A DNA stretch of 64,000 bases from Candidatus Bathyarchaeota archaeon (GCA_021158125.1 JAGGVF010000006.1:50938-114937), one strand, 5' to 3'. Positions 1 through 9,581 are shown, counted from the stretch's first letter. Program-made: numbers and translations. The notes: generated by a model not told the origin, from the letters alone.

Positions 1-366
1 TCCAAGTATCCGCCAGTATTCAACTTCTGTTCCAGCCTCAAGTTTAGCTGCAAGCTCTTGGTCGTCAGGCGGCGAAGTTTCAAAAACCTCGTAGGTTTCA
101 AGGTCCATAAGTTGAACTGAAGATTCCGTTTTTGCTATTACTTGGCCGCTGCGCTTCTCAATTATTGGAACCTCTATTTGGGCGTCAACAGGCTTAACAA
201 AACTTCTTTTCTGACCGTCAAATATTCCTATTGCAACTATTCTGGCTTTGGCTGCACCGTGTTTTCCAGGCTTAGACTTTGTTAATTCAACTATTCGGCA
301 GGGTTCATCATCAATTATTATGTATCCGCCAACACGTAAACTTCCAACATCAGCCGGCCTACTCAT
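1..366 (-). CDS. eif5a: translation initiation factor 5A (aIF5A); C-terminus cut by the window edge
   Basis: Reverse strand from ATG (364-366) reads [51 protein letters not shown]..., with the hypusine-site motif KPGKHGxAKA. Absent from the ORF track because it runs off the window. Confidence 0.9.
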   Translation of the reverse strand, partial: MSRPADVGSLRVGGYIIIDDEPCRIVELTKSKPGKHGAAKARIVAIGIFDGQKRSFVKPVDAQIEVPIIEKRSGQVIAKTESSVQLMDLETYEVFETSPPDDQELAAKLEAGTEVEYWRILG

Positions 367-425
367 TTCAACCGCCTCAAATCAGCCTTAACATAACAGC
401 ATTCTTAAAAACAACCATATATAAG

Positions 426-1097
426 TTACCTAGCTTTTGGTTTGCTGTCTTTTTTCGATGAATACATTGAATATTTCTTTAATAGAATGTCAATACGCAT
501 GTATGTTTCTTTTAGGGCATAATGTGCATCGCCAGAAGTAAGGTCTCCCATTCTTCCATGGGCGCCAACTTCAGAAAGGTACGAGTATGTTGCCTCAGTA
601 AGTTTCTTCGTTTCTTTATCTATTATCCCTAAACTGCTTAATGTTCCTACATCCGTAGAGAAATAGCCGCTTGGTTTCTTCCCTATGGCGGACAAAATTG
701 AAGTTACAGTTTTTTCTAATGCTTCACGTGCTCTATCAATGGCATCTTTGAAGTGTTTTTCGGCAAAGTTCGTTTCTGCTTCATCAAGGCATTTTGTAAC
801 TTCTAAAAATCCCAAATCTGTCAACAAAGATTTTAACGCCACCTTTTCTTGAATTGGGTATAGCTTAAGCGCGTAAATTAATCTGACATCTTCAATGATT
901 TGATACATTAGTGATCTTATCATTTTGAAAAGATCAAACGCATCCGAAAAATTGTCAGCATCAATTTTGGCGCAAATACCATCTGGCTTCCTTATAATTT
1001 CTCCAATTTCTGTGACATTGTCGTCACAACGCTCAACATAAGATTCAGTCTTTTCATCTTTTAACTTCCTAACGTCCTCGTATAGAAGTTCAAGCAT
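426..1097 (-). CDS. hypothetical alpha-helical protein
   Basis: 223-codon ORF. Its ATG overlaps the stop of an upstream 52-codon ORF (ATGCTTGA). No motif I can assign. Confidence 0.5.
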   Translation of the reverse strand: MLELLYEDVRKLKDEKTESYVERCDDNVTEIGEIIRKPDGICAKIDADNFSDAFDLFKMIRSLMYQIIEDVRLIYALKLYPIQEKVALKSLLTDLGFLEVTKCLDEAETNFAEKHFKDAIDRAREALEKTVTSILSAIGKKPSGYFSTDVGTLSSLGIIDKETKKLTEATYSYLSEVGAHGRMGDLTSGDAHYALKETYMRIDILLKKYSMYSSKKDSKPKAR

Positions 1098-1248
1098 ACG
1101 TTGCAGTGATAAAAACCTTTTTTAGTGCTTCAGCTACATAGTTTGGCTTACTCCAGTAGGATGTAGGATATGAAGCCATTTCATGAAGCATTTTATAGGC
1201 TTCTTTATACTGACTTTCGATGGATGACAACCGATCTTCAATGCTCAA
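1090..1248 (-). CDS. small hypothetical protein, translationally coupled to 426-1097
   Basis: 52 codons (LSIEDRLSSIESQYKEAYKMLHEMASYPTSYWSKPNYVAEALKKVFITATYA) from a TTG start. Stop overlaps the downstream ATG by 8 nt. Below the track length cutoff. Confidence 0.3.
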   Translation of the reverse strand: MSIEDRLSSIESQYKEAYKMLHEMASYPTSYWSKPNYVAEALKKVFITATYA

Positions 1249-1390
1249 TTTTAATCATCCCATTCAATAATTTTTGCCAACTATTTCTACCAAATGTCAA
1301 CAATATCCATTACGGTTCTTAATCTTATATAGTTGTATCACAGAAAACTACCACATATAAATTAAGGTATCGCCATAAAAGGCATGAGAG

Positions 1391-2242
1391 ATGACTGACA
1401 AAATTAAGAGTGTAGGCCTAGTATCAAGGCTTGACATTAAAGAAGCCCTCGAATTATCCAGTAAAATAGCAGATTACATGAAAGAAAGAGGCTTAGAAGT
1501 TCTGGTTCAGACAGAACTAGCCGAAAAAATAGGATTTAAAGGAAAATTTCTGCCAATAGAAGAATTAAATGTTGATTTAGTAATAGTCGTTGGCGGAGAC
1601 GGAACAATACTCAGAACTTGCCTTTCACTTCCTAAGCCCGAACCACCACTTTTAACTGTTAACATGGGTGAAAGAGGGTTCTTAGCCGAAGTTAAGCCAA
1701 AAGAAGTTTTCCAAGCCCTAGACAAATGCCTAAAGGGAGAATTCATTTTGGAAAAACATACAAAACTCGCCGCATATATTAACGATAAACAAATCCCAGA
1801 CGCCCTAAACGAAGTTTTCATAACAACTGGAACGCCGGTTAAACTTATGTATGCAAGGATATGGAAAGACAGGAACTACGTTGGGGAATGTCAAGCCGAC
1901 GGCGTAATAGTGGCTTCTCAAGTAGGCTCAACTGGATACTCCCTCTCAGCAGGTGGACCAGTATTAGACAATGAAATGGAAGCGTTTGTTGTAACTCCCG
2001 TCTGCCCGCTTATTCCATTTCATCCAATAGTATTCCCTAAAAATTCCACAATTACCATTGACGTGAGAAGGCCTAGAAAAATCTCAGTAATTGTCGACGG
2101 CCACTACCAAGAAGTTGTGGAATCGGATAATCCTAAAATCAGCATTAAAATTTCAAATAACCAGACAAGATTCATACGTTTTAAGGAAGACTTCTACCAA
2201 CGACTAAGAAGCAGACTTCTATATCCGGGAGGAAAAAGTTAA
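1391..2242 (+). CDS. nadK: NAD kinase
   Basis: GGDGTILR motif, NEVFI and a GSTGYSLSAGGP-type C-terminal motif; length typical at 283 aa. Confidence 0.9.
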   Translation: MTDKIKSVGLVSRLDIKEALELSSKIADYMKERGLEVLVQTELAEKIGFKGKFLPIEELNVDLVIVVGGDGTILRTCLSLPKPEPPLLTVNMGERGFLAEVKPKEVFQALDKCLKGEFILEKHTKLAAYINDKQIPDALNEVFITTGTPVKLMYARIWKDRNYVGECQADGVIVASQVGSTGYSLSAGGPVLDNEMEAFVVTPVCPLIPFHPIVFPKNSTITIDVRRPRKISVIVDGHYQEVVESDNPKISIKISNNQTRFIRFKEDFYQRLRSRLLYPGGKS

Positions 2243-2272
2243 CTGGAAAAAGAAAAGAAAAAAACCATAATT

Positions 2273-2785
2273 TTGGATACCTCAGCCTTTATTGCCGGTT
2301 TCGAGCCCTTTTCGATTCAAAACGAAGTTTATTCCGTACCTCTTGTAAAGGAAGAATTAATTTCGGGTTCTCTGGCACATTTAAGATTTCAAACAGCAGT
2401 TGAAAATGGAAAACTAAAGGTTTTGAAGCCAAAAGAAAAATTTATAGAAACAGTGAAGCAGCAAGCAAAAAGAGTAGGCGACTACCGCTACTTATCGGAA
2501 GCAGACATCCAAGTTTTAGCCTTAGCCCTTCAACTAAAAAATTCAGGTAAAGATTCAGTCATTGTAACAGATGACTACTCAATACAGAACGTTGCCAACA
2601 AACTCAAAATAGAATTTGCCTCCCTAGCAACCTTCGGCATAAAATTCCAGTTCAAATGGATACTCTACTGCCCAGCATGCCACAAAAAATATCCGCCAGA
2701 CTACGAACTTAAAACATGTAAAATCTGCGGAACAGAGCTAAAACGCAAACCCGTAGGCAAGAAGCACATAAAAAATAAACAATAA
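2273..2785 (+). CDS. nob1: Nob1-like PIN-domain endonuclease with C-terminal zinc ribbon
   Basis: PIN start LDTSAFIAG, acidic VTDDYSIQN, then CPACHKKYPPDYELKTCKICG (CxxC...CxxC). The true start is probably upstream of the TTG given in the track. Confidence 0.8.
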   Translation: MDTSAFIAGFEPFSIQNEVYSVPLVKEELISGSLAHLRFQTAVENGKLKVLKPKEKFIETVKQQAKRVGDYRYLSEADIQVLALALQLKNSGKDSVIVTDDYSIQNVANKLKIEFASLATFGIKFQFKWILYCPACHKKYPPDYELKTCKICGTELKRKPVGKKHIKNKQ

Positions 2786-2872
2786 ACTATGCAATAATAC
2801 TTACCGAAATGCTTTTGGAAATTAATAGTTATATAATTTGATTCCAACTATGTACCCTAAAGGAGGGGAGTC

Positions 2873-4354
2873 ATGAAAATTCTTTTAACCGCTGATAGGA
2901 CGCTTATGAGCGATTATCACCGTAGCGAGTTCGTCGGCTTCGGAACATGTGCCCCACCAAATTTTGTGCCAGAATGGTTTTACAGAGCCTTATTCTTCCC
3001 AAAGATAAAAACTAAAAATGGAATTCCAGTTGCAGCTCCTTACGGACTAAGAAAAATTGAAGCTCAACTTATAAAGGAAGGATTCGACGTCCTAACAGTT
3101 GACCCAGACCACCTCGATAAGTATATAGATAACGCCAAAGTTTTAGGAATCCACGTTATGGACCCATTCGGAATGGGCCCAGCCTCAAGCACTTTTGCAG
3201 CCATATTGAAAAAAGAGCCTTACTTAGCTAAGTACTTCCGCCTCTTACTTGAAAAGCCGGAAATAAGAAGAGCCAAACGTAAAGGATTAAAAATAATTGT
3301 TGGAGGCCCCGGAGTTTGGCAATTCCGGTACAGGCCGGAATTCGTTAAGAAATATGGAATAGACTGCATAGTCGATGGAGAAGCAGAAAAAATTATAGGG
3401 AAAATATTTAGGATGGCGCTTAACGACGAGGAACTCCCAGAGTATTATGAAGTAAGCGTCAAAGACGCCCCAAATTTAGATGAGATCCCAAACATTATGG
3501 CTCCCTCCATTAACGGCCTAATTGAAATCGGCCGTGGATGCTGCCGCGGATGCCAGTTTTGCAGTGTAACTTTGAGGCCTCTACGCTGGTATCCATATGA
3601 GAAGATTATGCAGGAAATAGAGGCGAACCAAAGCTACTTTACGGGCGCCCTTCTCCACGCAGAAGACATCATGCTTTACGGTTCAAAGAATACAATACCG
3701 AACGATGAAAAATTAATTAAATTACATGAACTAGTTGTTGACAAATGCACTGGTTTGGGATGGAGCCACTGTTCATTAGCGGCAGTCGCCGTTAAGCCCA
3801 AACTCATAACGAAACTTTCTGAAATAATTCTTCAAAAGCAGCCATGGTGGGGTGCAGAAATAGGAATTGAAACTGGGTCACCTGAACTCGTTAAGAAGGC
3901 TATGCCAGCAAAGGTTCACCCATTTAAACCTGAACAGTGGCCAGAAGTCGTCAGAACAGCTATGGGGTTAATGCACGACAACATGCTTGTGCCAGCATGC
4001 ACCCTAATCGTGGGATTACCACAAGAAACCGAAGATGACTTGATAAAGACTATAGAGTTAATGGACGACCTAAAAGACATTAGAAGCCTAATAGTTCCAT
4101 TGTTCTTCGTTCCAATGGGAAGGCTAAAAGACAAAGACTGGTTTACAGACCAGCAAATGAATGAGCTACATAGGGAACTGCTAATTAAGTGTCTCCAACA
4201 CGACTTAAAATGGGTTAGAGAATTAATCAGAATAACCTTTTGCGGAAAAATTTACAATATAATGCTTAGGTTCCTATACGACTTGTTCGTTAAAATAATA
4301 GAGTACAAAGCTAGAAAACCATCTGTTCTTGGAAAACCAGTAATTTCAAAATAA
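2873..4354 (+). CDS. radical SAM protein with a B12-binding-like N-terminal region
   Basis: The GRGCCRGCQFCSV cluster fits the radical SAM CxxxCxxC-type site. 493 aa, with GGAGG upstream of the ATG. Confidence 0.85.
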   Translation: MKILLTADRTLMSDYHRSEFVGFGTCAPPNFVPEWFYRALFFPKIKTKNGIPVAAPYGLRKIEAQLIKEGFDVLTVDPDHLDKYIDNAKVLGIHVMDPFGMGPASSTFAAILKKEPYLAKYFRLLLEKPEIRRAKRKGLKIIVGGPGVWQFRYRPEFVKKYGIDCIVDGEAEKIIGKIFRMALNDEELPEYYEVSVKDAPNLDEIPNIMAPSINGLIEIGRGCCRGCQFCSVTLRPLRWYPYEKIMQEIEANQSYFTGALLHAEDIMLYGSKNTIPNDEKLIKLHELVVDKCTGLGWSHCSLAAVAVKPKLITKLSEIILQKQPWWGAEIGIETGSPELVKKAMPAKVHPFKPEQWPEVVRTAMGLMHDNMLVPACTLIVGLPQETEDDLIKTIELMDDLKDIRSLIVPLFFVPMGRLKDKDWFTDQQMNELHRELLIKCLQHDLKWVRELIRITFCGKIYNIMLRFLYDLFVKIIEYKARKPSVLGKPVISK

Positions 4355-4368
4355 AGCATAAAATGCTT

Positions 4369-4701
4369 TTAAACCCCCTTTGTAGGAGAGTAGAATTCTC
4401 TTCTTAAGTAGCCTTTTCTCATCAACCATTCAGATTGATTTCTCTTGTATCTCCAAATTATATCGCCCTTCACGTCTGATTGAAAGTCCCATGGAGAAAC
4501 AAGCACTATATCGCCTTTCCTTATCCAAACTCTACGCTTCAGTTTTCCTCTAACTCTGCATATTCTCTGCTTTCCATCCTGACATTTCACTAGGATATGG
4601 TCGCCGCCAAGCATTTTTATGGCTATTCCCATAACGTCGCTTCCCGCTGGAACTAGGATGTTTTGAAGTTCTTCTTCAGATTTTATTTTTCTTCTTCCCA
4701 A
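4369..4701 (-). CDS. eif1a: translation initiation factor 1A (aIF1A)
   Basis: GDHILVKCQDGKQRICRVRGKLKRRVWIRKGDIVLVSPWDFQ is the S1/OB fold signature of eIF1A. TTG start. Confidence 0.9.
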   Translation of the reverse strand: MGRRKIKSEEELQNILVPAGSDVMGIAIKMLGGDHILVKCQDGKQRICRVRGKLKRRVWIRKGDIVLVSPWDFQSDVKGDIIWRYKRNQSEWLMRKGYLRREFYSPTKGV

Positions 4702-4918
4702 GTTTAGGCTCCCAGCACTACGTTGTAACCGTCCTATTTAAAGTCATGCTGACTCTGCATTTTCGGGTTTTTGAAGTATTGTGTTGGGTGGAAGAAGACT
4801 TATATATTGTTTCGTGCGTATTAATATTCAGCATTCATTCATATGTCTCTAAAAAGACATATAGCGTATACGTAACACTACACAACCGTTCAACAAAAAT
4901 ACAAGAGAGGAAGATAAA

Positions 4919-5119
4919 ATGAAGCAAAACCAAAACACCAAGGAAATAAGATGGACCATAATAAAAAGCATACTAGACGAATTCCCAGAACTAAGAATTA
5001 GATGCCTAAAATACATACGCCAAACAGAAAAAAGAGAACTTAAAACTCTAATGAAGAAGCATCTACCACCCAAAGTGTACGAGAGAGTCCTAATTTTATA
5101 CAACGAAAAAGATTGCTAA
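4919..5119 (+). CDS. small hypothetical basic protein
   Basis: ATG preceded by GAGAGG. Charged composition, whereas the overlapping minus-strand ORF looks like antisense low-complexity sequence. Confidence 0.35.
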   Translation: MKQNQNTKEIRWTIIKSILDEFPELRIRCLKYIRQTEKRELKTLMKKHLPPKVYERVLILYNEKDC

Positions 5120-5219
5120 AATCCAACTTACACATTTTGAATTTTAAGCTACCTCATAATAAAATGCGGGAACCAGACGCTACAATAACCTTTGCAAACT
5201 TATCTGGAAACGGATTTTC

Positions 5220-5561
5220 CTAAACCATACCCGTTCTGGCCGAAGTTTTCAACTTATGCTTCAATTCATTCACATAATCAACAAAACTACATCTATCATC
5301 AACTTGCTCAAACTCAAATCCAAAATTTGAGTACAGCTCTTTAAGAATCATAATTTGCACCATACGCGCTCCAGAACCTAAAAACTCATTTAATCCCCTA
5401 ATAAAATCCTGTAAATTACACGTAATATTCCGCTGAGTCAAAGAATAGTTCTCTTCTATATAGCCATAAATAATTGAAGCCGCCTTTTCGCCGAAAACTT
5501 CAACGAGAACATCGTTTATTGTTTTTAGGAGGATTCTTTCAAACTCGCTTCTTTTGGCCAT
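5220..5561 (-). CDS. hypothetical protein
   Basis: 113-codon ORF, last gene of the kaiC-like/DUF835-like minus-strand cluster. Overlaps the upstream gene. Confidence 0.5.
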   Translation of the reverse strand: MAKRSEFERILLKTINDVLVEVFGEKAASIIYGYIEENYSLTQRNITCNLQDFIRGLNEFLGSGARMVQIMILKELYSNFGFEFEQVDDRCSFVDYVNELKHKLKTSARTGMV

Positions 5562-6970
5562 GAAAACTCCTCCTTCACTTCAGCGGGTTCGAAACTGGGA
5601 CTTGAAAGCTTTATGATTTCTATTTCCTTCCCGTTATAGAATAACTGGTCCTTGAATAGGCTTCTTATGCTTGAAACAATTTCTTCGTTATGAGCCTTAG
5701 GATTTAAAAGAAATATGGCGGTTGTTTTGCGGGCCTCTAAGTTTTCAAGAACATATCGAGTAAAAGCGTAGGTTTTCGGAAAGTCTAGTGATAATATTAA
5801 ATCTGACAAGCTGTCGAAGATTATGAGCGTTTTCTCTGGGCGATGTTTCGTGAATTCGTTGACAGCGTTTAATATTAGCGATATGTCCCTAACAGGCAAC
5901 AAAGTTTCACTTTCACGCGACCCCCTCGTGGGAACAGAAATATCCGGAGTTAGAATTACAAATTGAATTCTGCTTTTATCCGGAATATTTGCGTAAATTC
6001 CGCTGCTTTTACGCGTAAAAATTATCGGTACCACCCCTAAATCTTTAAATTCCGAAACTAAGGATAAAATCACTTTTTCATAATCTGACGATGGATCAAA
6101 TTCTAGAAGAAAACTCCTGCCGAATATTTGGTTGGGTTGGAATCCCAGTATTTCAGAGAATCTACGTCTGGTTTTGGCTGACAATTCCTCGGTCAAAGGC
6201 TCCCTTGAGACTTGAGCTATCTGACTTTCGAAGAAACTCGCTAAAACTGTCGGTTTTCTGAAGCCGTACCACATTAAAGCCAGCAAGCCTGTATGGATAA
6301 TGTAAACTAATTCATATTCTACATAGTCGTATTCTCTAAGAACAGTCAGCACTGGCGTGGACAATGTATAGATTATTAGGCATATAGCAAATACTTTGAG
6401 CGATTTTCTTACTTGGGGCAACTTATGCTTTGTAGACAATCTAGAGATGGTTAAACAGGGATACAAAAGTGTAGCAGTTCCCATCATCACAAGTAGATAC
6501 TCAAACCACGCTCTGTAAGACGCCGCATACTCCATTGCTCCAGTAAAGGGGCTTCTAAGCTGGATTATACGGAAAGGCGTGGTGAATATAGCTACACAAA
6601 TTACCGTGAGGCATAAGGCACTGTAAATTGCGAGAGGAGGATGGGGTTTTCTAAAAAATTCGCGGAGAAAGTCTTGAACAGAGGTTGTTTTTGTATAATG
6701 GCTGAGAATTGCTGTTAACGCGCCGAATATTAGTGCCATTATGCTGCTGGCGACAATTGAAATTTTCGTTCTGTAAATTGCTGCTTCGGGGGTATTTATG
6801 AATCCCGTAATTATCCTCATGTATCCCAGAAAAATGAAAATTAAAAACCATAGGTAGAATAGGCTGCGTATATTATAGAAGTAGGATAGTTTTTGTCTTT
6901 GAAGATTGAATAGCATAAGGTAGGCGAAGAATATTGCGCCGAGAATTAGGGATAGGCTTAAAATTTCCAT
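5525..6970 (-). CDS. polytopic membrane protein with C-terminal DUF835/KaiC-like domain lacking a Walker A
   Basis: About 240 aa of hydrophobic helices, then IIFTRKSS...LIIFDSLSDLILSL...AIFLLNPKAH, which resembles the RecA-fold core without a P-loop. Confidence 0.6.
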   Translation of the reverse strand: MEILSLSLILGAIFFAYLMLFNLQRQKLSYFYNIRSLFYLWFLIFIFLGYMRIITGFINTPEAAIYRTKISIVASSIMALIFGALTAILSHYTKTTSVQDFLREFFRKPHPPLAIYSALCLTVICVAIFTTPFRIIQLRSPFTGAMEYAASYRAWFEYLLVMMGTATLLYPCLTISRLSTKHKLPQVRKSLKVFAICLIIYTLSTPVLTVLREYDYVEYELVYIIHTGLLALMWYGFRKPTVLASFFESQIAQVSREPLTEELSAKTRRRFSEILGFQPNQIFGRSFLLEFDPSSDYEKVILSLVSEFKDLGVVPIIFTRKSSGIYANIPDKSRIQFVILTPDISVPTRGSRESETLLPVRDISLILNAVNEFTKHRPEKTLIIFDSLSDLILSLDFPKTYAFTRYVLENLEARKTTAIFLLNPKAHNEEIVSSIRSLFKDQLFYNGKEIEIIKLSSPSFEPAEVKEEFSWPKEASLKESS

Positions 6971-6976
6971 GCTTGT

Positions 6977-7669
6977 TTACTCCACGCTTATGCTTATTGG
7001 AATGATTTTTAGGCCCTTATCCGTTATTATGACGTTGTGATACTTTCTGCTGTGTCTTGTCCCTCTCATTTTGCGAATCAGAAATCTAGTTTTTAAGTCT
7101 GCTCCGCTGATTACATTTTCTAGAATCAGCACAGAATCGGCAACAAATTCCTCAATTCCTATCCCAAGCTTATTGCTGCCTAACGGAATGCTGCAAGTCA
7201 TTATTGTGGTGCATTTACTCCTCTTAAGTATTTTATAGAAGAGATGCATAAGGGCCCTATACTCAAACTCCTCCTTACATGCAACAAGAAAAGCCGTAAT
7301 CGAATCTATAACTAATCTTTTAGCGCCAATTCAATTTACCTCGCTTAAAATAAAGTCCATATTGGCGCTTACTCCCTTTCCCTTCATAGATTCCAAATCA
7401 AGAATTTTTATGCTGCCTTCATCCTCAAGCTTTTCCATATCAAATCCAAATCTGAGCATGTTTCTAACCAAAGTCCCCTTATCTTCCTCAAAAGTTGCGT
7501 AAACTCCCTTTTCGCCGTAGTGAACTGCACCTTCATAGATGAACTGAGCCGAAAAGATAGTTTTGCCAGCACCTGTTCCGCCAGCTAACAGAATTATGTC
7601 ACCTTTTAAGAAGCCTCCTTCAATAAGCTCGTCTAGTCCCGGTATGCCCGATTTAACCCGCTCAAACAT
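6977..7669 (-). pseudogene. KaiC/RadA-like ATPase interrupted by an in-frame TGA (7331-7333)
   Basis: N-terminal part has Walker A LLAGGTGAGKT. After the TGA the same frame continues IGAKRLVIDSITAF (Walker B) into track ORF 6977-7249. The two track ORFs are therefore one gene. Confidence 0.75.
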
Positions 7670-7782
7670 CCGCTATCCCTAGTTGCTGAGTTAAACTCAA
7701 AGTTTCCAGTTAGTAGCCTTCTTAGGATTTAATAAAAATTTATGAATTGGTGCTAAGTATTTGAGAAGAAGCAACTTCACGT

Positions 7783-7816
7783 AAAATTTTACTGTAAATT
7801 GGCGCCGGGGAGGGGA
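7783..7816. repeat. distal att repeat (displaced tRNA-Ser 3' fragment)
   Basis: AAAATTTTACTGTAAATTGGCGCCGGGGAGGGGA matches 43021-43055 except for one G indel. The last 17 nt equal the 3' end of the tRNA at 43039-43055. Confidence 0.8.
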
Positions 7817-7863
7817 TTTCAGCACCAATTTACCAGTAAAAAAAATTCTCGGAACTTTTTCGA

Positions 7864-8142
7864 TTGGCAAGGGAAAAACGTTATTTTAACTTACCGTTTG
7901 GTATGGGGAAAGGTGATTGGTTAAGAGTAGTAAAAGCCTGTTATGAAGAAGCTATAAGAGTTAAAGTATTTGCTGGTTCTTGGATTGTAGATAAGGTAGG
8001 CTGGTTTCCGTCTCTTCGGACTCTGGTAAAGTATGGAATTTTAGAAGTAGGAGACCCCGCTAGAGCTGGCAGAAGAGCATATTATAGAATGCCTGATCCT
8101 GAGGGTGTCAGGCGTGCTTTAGAGCAATTAGGATACTTATAA
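7864..8142 (+). CDS. small hypothetical protein, possible wHTH
   Basis: 92-codon ORF just inside the distal att site. C-terminal region GILEVGDPARAGRRAYYRM resembles a winged-helix wing. Confidence 0.4.
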   Translation: MAREKRYFNLPFGMGKGDWLRVVKACYEEAIRVKVFAGSWIVDKVGWFPSLRTLVKYGILEVGDPARAGRRAYYRMPDPEGVRRALEQLGYL

Positions 8143-8169
8143 TCTTAAATGCTCTGTTAAAGCTAGATA

Positions 8170-9048
8170 CTAGAGTAGAAGAGGCACTATTGTGTCGATT
8201 TTCTCACTTGCAATCGTGTAATTCATTGGAAAATCTATTTCCCTAAAACTTTGGATAACCGTCTGTCTCATTTGTTCCCAAGCAGGCCCATCGGTTATCC
8301 ATATAAAAGAGATTCCTTGTTTCTCGCGGATCTTCCTTTGTAAGTCTATGTATGCGTTTGCAGTTTCTATTGGTTTACTCCCAGTAGTATTATAGAAATT
8401 GCATTCAATCACTATTTTAGGCATATTTTGGGCATAAATTACAAAATCTGCTCTTTTTCTTCTTCTTACAATCACGCTGGGGTCCTCAGACCTTATTTCT
8501 ATTTTTTCGAAATTTCCCAATTTCCTCTTTAGCAGTAATTCAACAAGATTTTGAAATATTTCGCCGCTTCTGTTTTTTCTAGCATTCGAATCGAGACCCA
8601 CTTCTACTCCTAGTAGATATGCGTAAAGGTCATTGATTTCGCCGAAGAGCTGCAAAATTCCAACTTTATCACAGAAAGTAACTAGGTCTTCCGCTGCTTT
8701 CTTTGATAGTTTCCTTCTGGAGAAGTTAAATGTCTTATAAATTGCTTTTTCACCGATTTCAAGAATGGGCACACTTCTCTCTCTTACTGCAATTATGGAA
8801 GGAATGACAGGTATAATTTCTGGGTAGTTTATAAATAACTCCTTAAGTTCCGTCTTACGTTCTTCGGGAGGTATTTTAGTTAAAGAATTTAGAAGGCTTA
8901 TTTCTCTTACATATTTTCTAACATTTTGCTTAACCTTTTCCCAAGCCACAAAATAATCATAAGTCCAGTTTGTCTTTAGTAATGTGTCAAAGAAGTAATC
9001 AAAGTATTCATTTTCAGTTTTAAACCCCATAATGTCGTACTTAACCAA
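8170..9048 (-). CDS. type II restriction endonuclease, DpnII/MboI family (GATC expected)
   Basis: Matches the DpnII pattern along its length: NWTYDYF, YPEIIPVIPSIIAVR, GVEVGLDSNARKNRSG, IECNFYNTTGSKPIETANAY, FIWITDGPAW. Confidence 0.9.
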   Translation of the reverse strand: MVKYDIMGFKTENEYFDYFFDTLLKTNWTYDYFVAWEKVKQNVRKYVREISLLNSLTKIPPEERKTELKELFINYPEIIPVIPSIIAVRERSVPILEIGEKAIYKTFNFSRRKLSKKAAEDLVTFCDKVGILQLFGEINDLYAYLLGVEVGLDSNARKNRSGEIFQNLVELLLKRKLGNFEKIEIRSEDPSVIVRRRKRADFVIYAQNMPKIVIECNFYNTTGSKPIETANAYIDLQRKIREKQGISFIWITDGPAWEQMRQTVIQSFREIDFPMNYTIASEKIDTIVPLLL

Positions 9049-9110
9049 TTATCTTTCTCCTCTTATGAATGAATCATTAATTAAAGTAAAAAGCATTTTG
9101 CACAAATTTT

Positions 9111-9581
9111 ATGAATGTTCCAACTTTAAAATATCAAAAGAGGATCGACATGTCAGAGAAAATAGTTGGTATGATAATACCGATTCCTTCGTATCTCTTA
9201 ATGAGAATTTTTAAAGAGAAAAAGAACAAGATAATAAAAGTTGCAACAATCTTTAAACAAATTAAGCCAGGTTCGAAGGTTCTCTTTTATTCCTCTCATG
9301 AAACACATGCAGTTGTGGGTGAGGGAACAATAGAAACTTGCGAGATTGTTTCGGCAACTAATTTGGTTAAGAATTATAATAAATACAACGGTAACTTATT
9401 CATTACCAAAAAAGAGCTTAAAGAATATCTGTCACAGCGAAAAAGAAGCAAATTCTTAGTAATTTCCTTAAAGGAAATCAAACAGTACAAAAAACCTGTA
9501 AAACTAAGAAGATTCGTTCCAATGGCTGGTCAATATTTAACAAAAAGGCTTTACCAGAAAATCGCCTCTCAACAAAGTTGA
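9111..9581 (+). CDS. PUA-like (ASCH/EVE-type) domain protein
   Basis: IKPGSKVLFYSSHETHAVVGEGTIE fits the PUA-like beta-barrel pattern (GD/S-x-vlFY...ivG.g.v). The more likely start is the ATG at 9150, 5 nt after GAGGA. Confidence 0.5.
   Translation: MNVPTLKYQKRIDMSEKIVGMIIPIPSYLLMRIFKEKKNKIIKVATIFKQIKPGSKVLFYSSHETHAVVGEGTIETCEIVSATNLVKNYNKYNGNLFITKKELKEYLSQRKRSKFLVISLKEIKQYKKPVKLRRFVPMAGQYLTKRLYQKIASQQS

Noticed and set aside
4849-5103. 84-aa minus-strand ORF overlapping 4919-5119
   Set aside because: The hydrophobic low-complexity sequence is consistent with the antisense of a Lys/Glu-rich gene. The plus-strand ORF has an ATG with a GAGAGG ribosome-binding context.
7331-7333. In-frame TGA in the KaiC-like gene as a selenocysteine or recoded codon
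   Set aside because: The position is in a non-conserved linker, not a redox site. TGA clearly terminates other genes in the window. I see no obvious SECIS-like hairpin. A nonsense mutation or sequencing error is more parsimonious.
9032-9214. 60-aa plus-strand ORF spanning the R-M divergent promoter
   Set aside because: It overlaps the restriction enzyme start and the PUA-like gene in another frame, with no supporting motif. It is most likely promoter or 5' UTR sequence.
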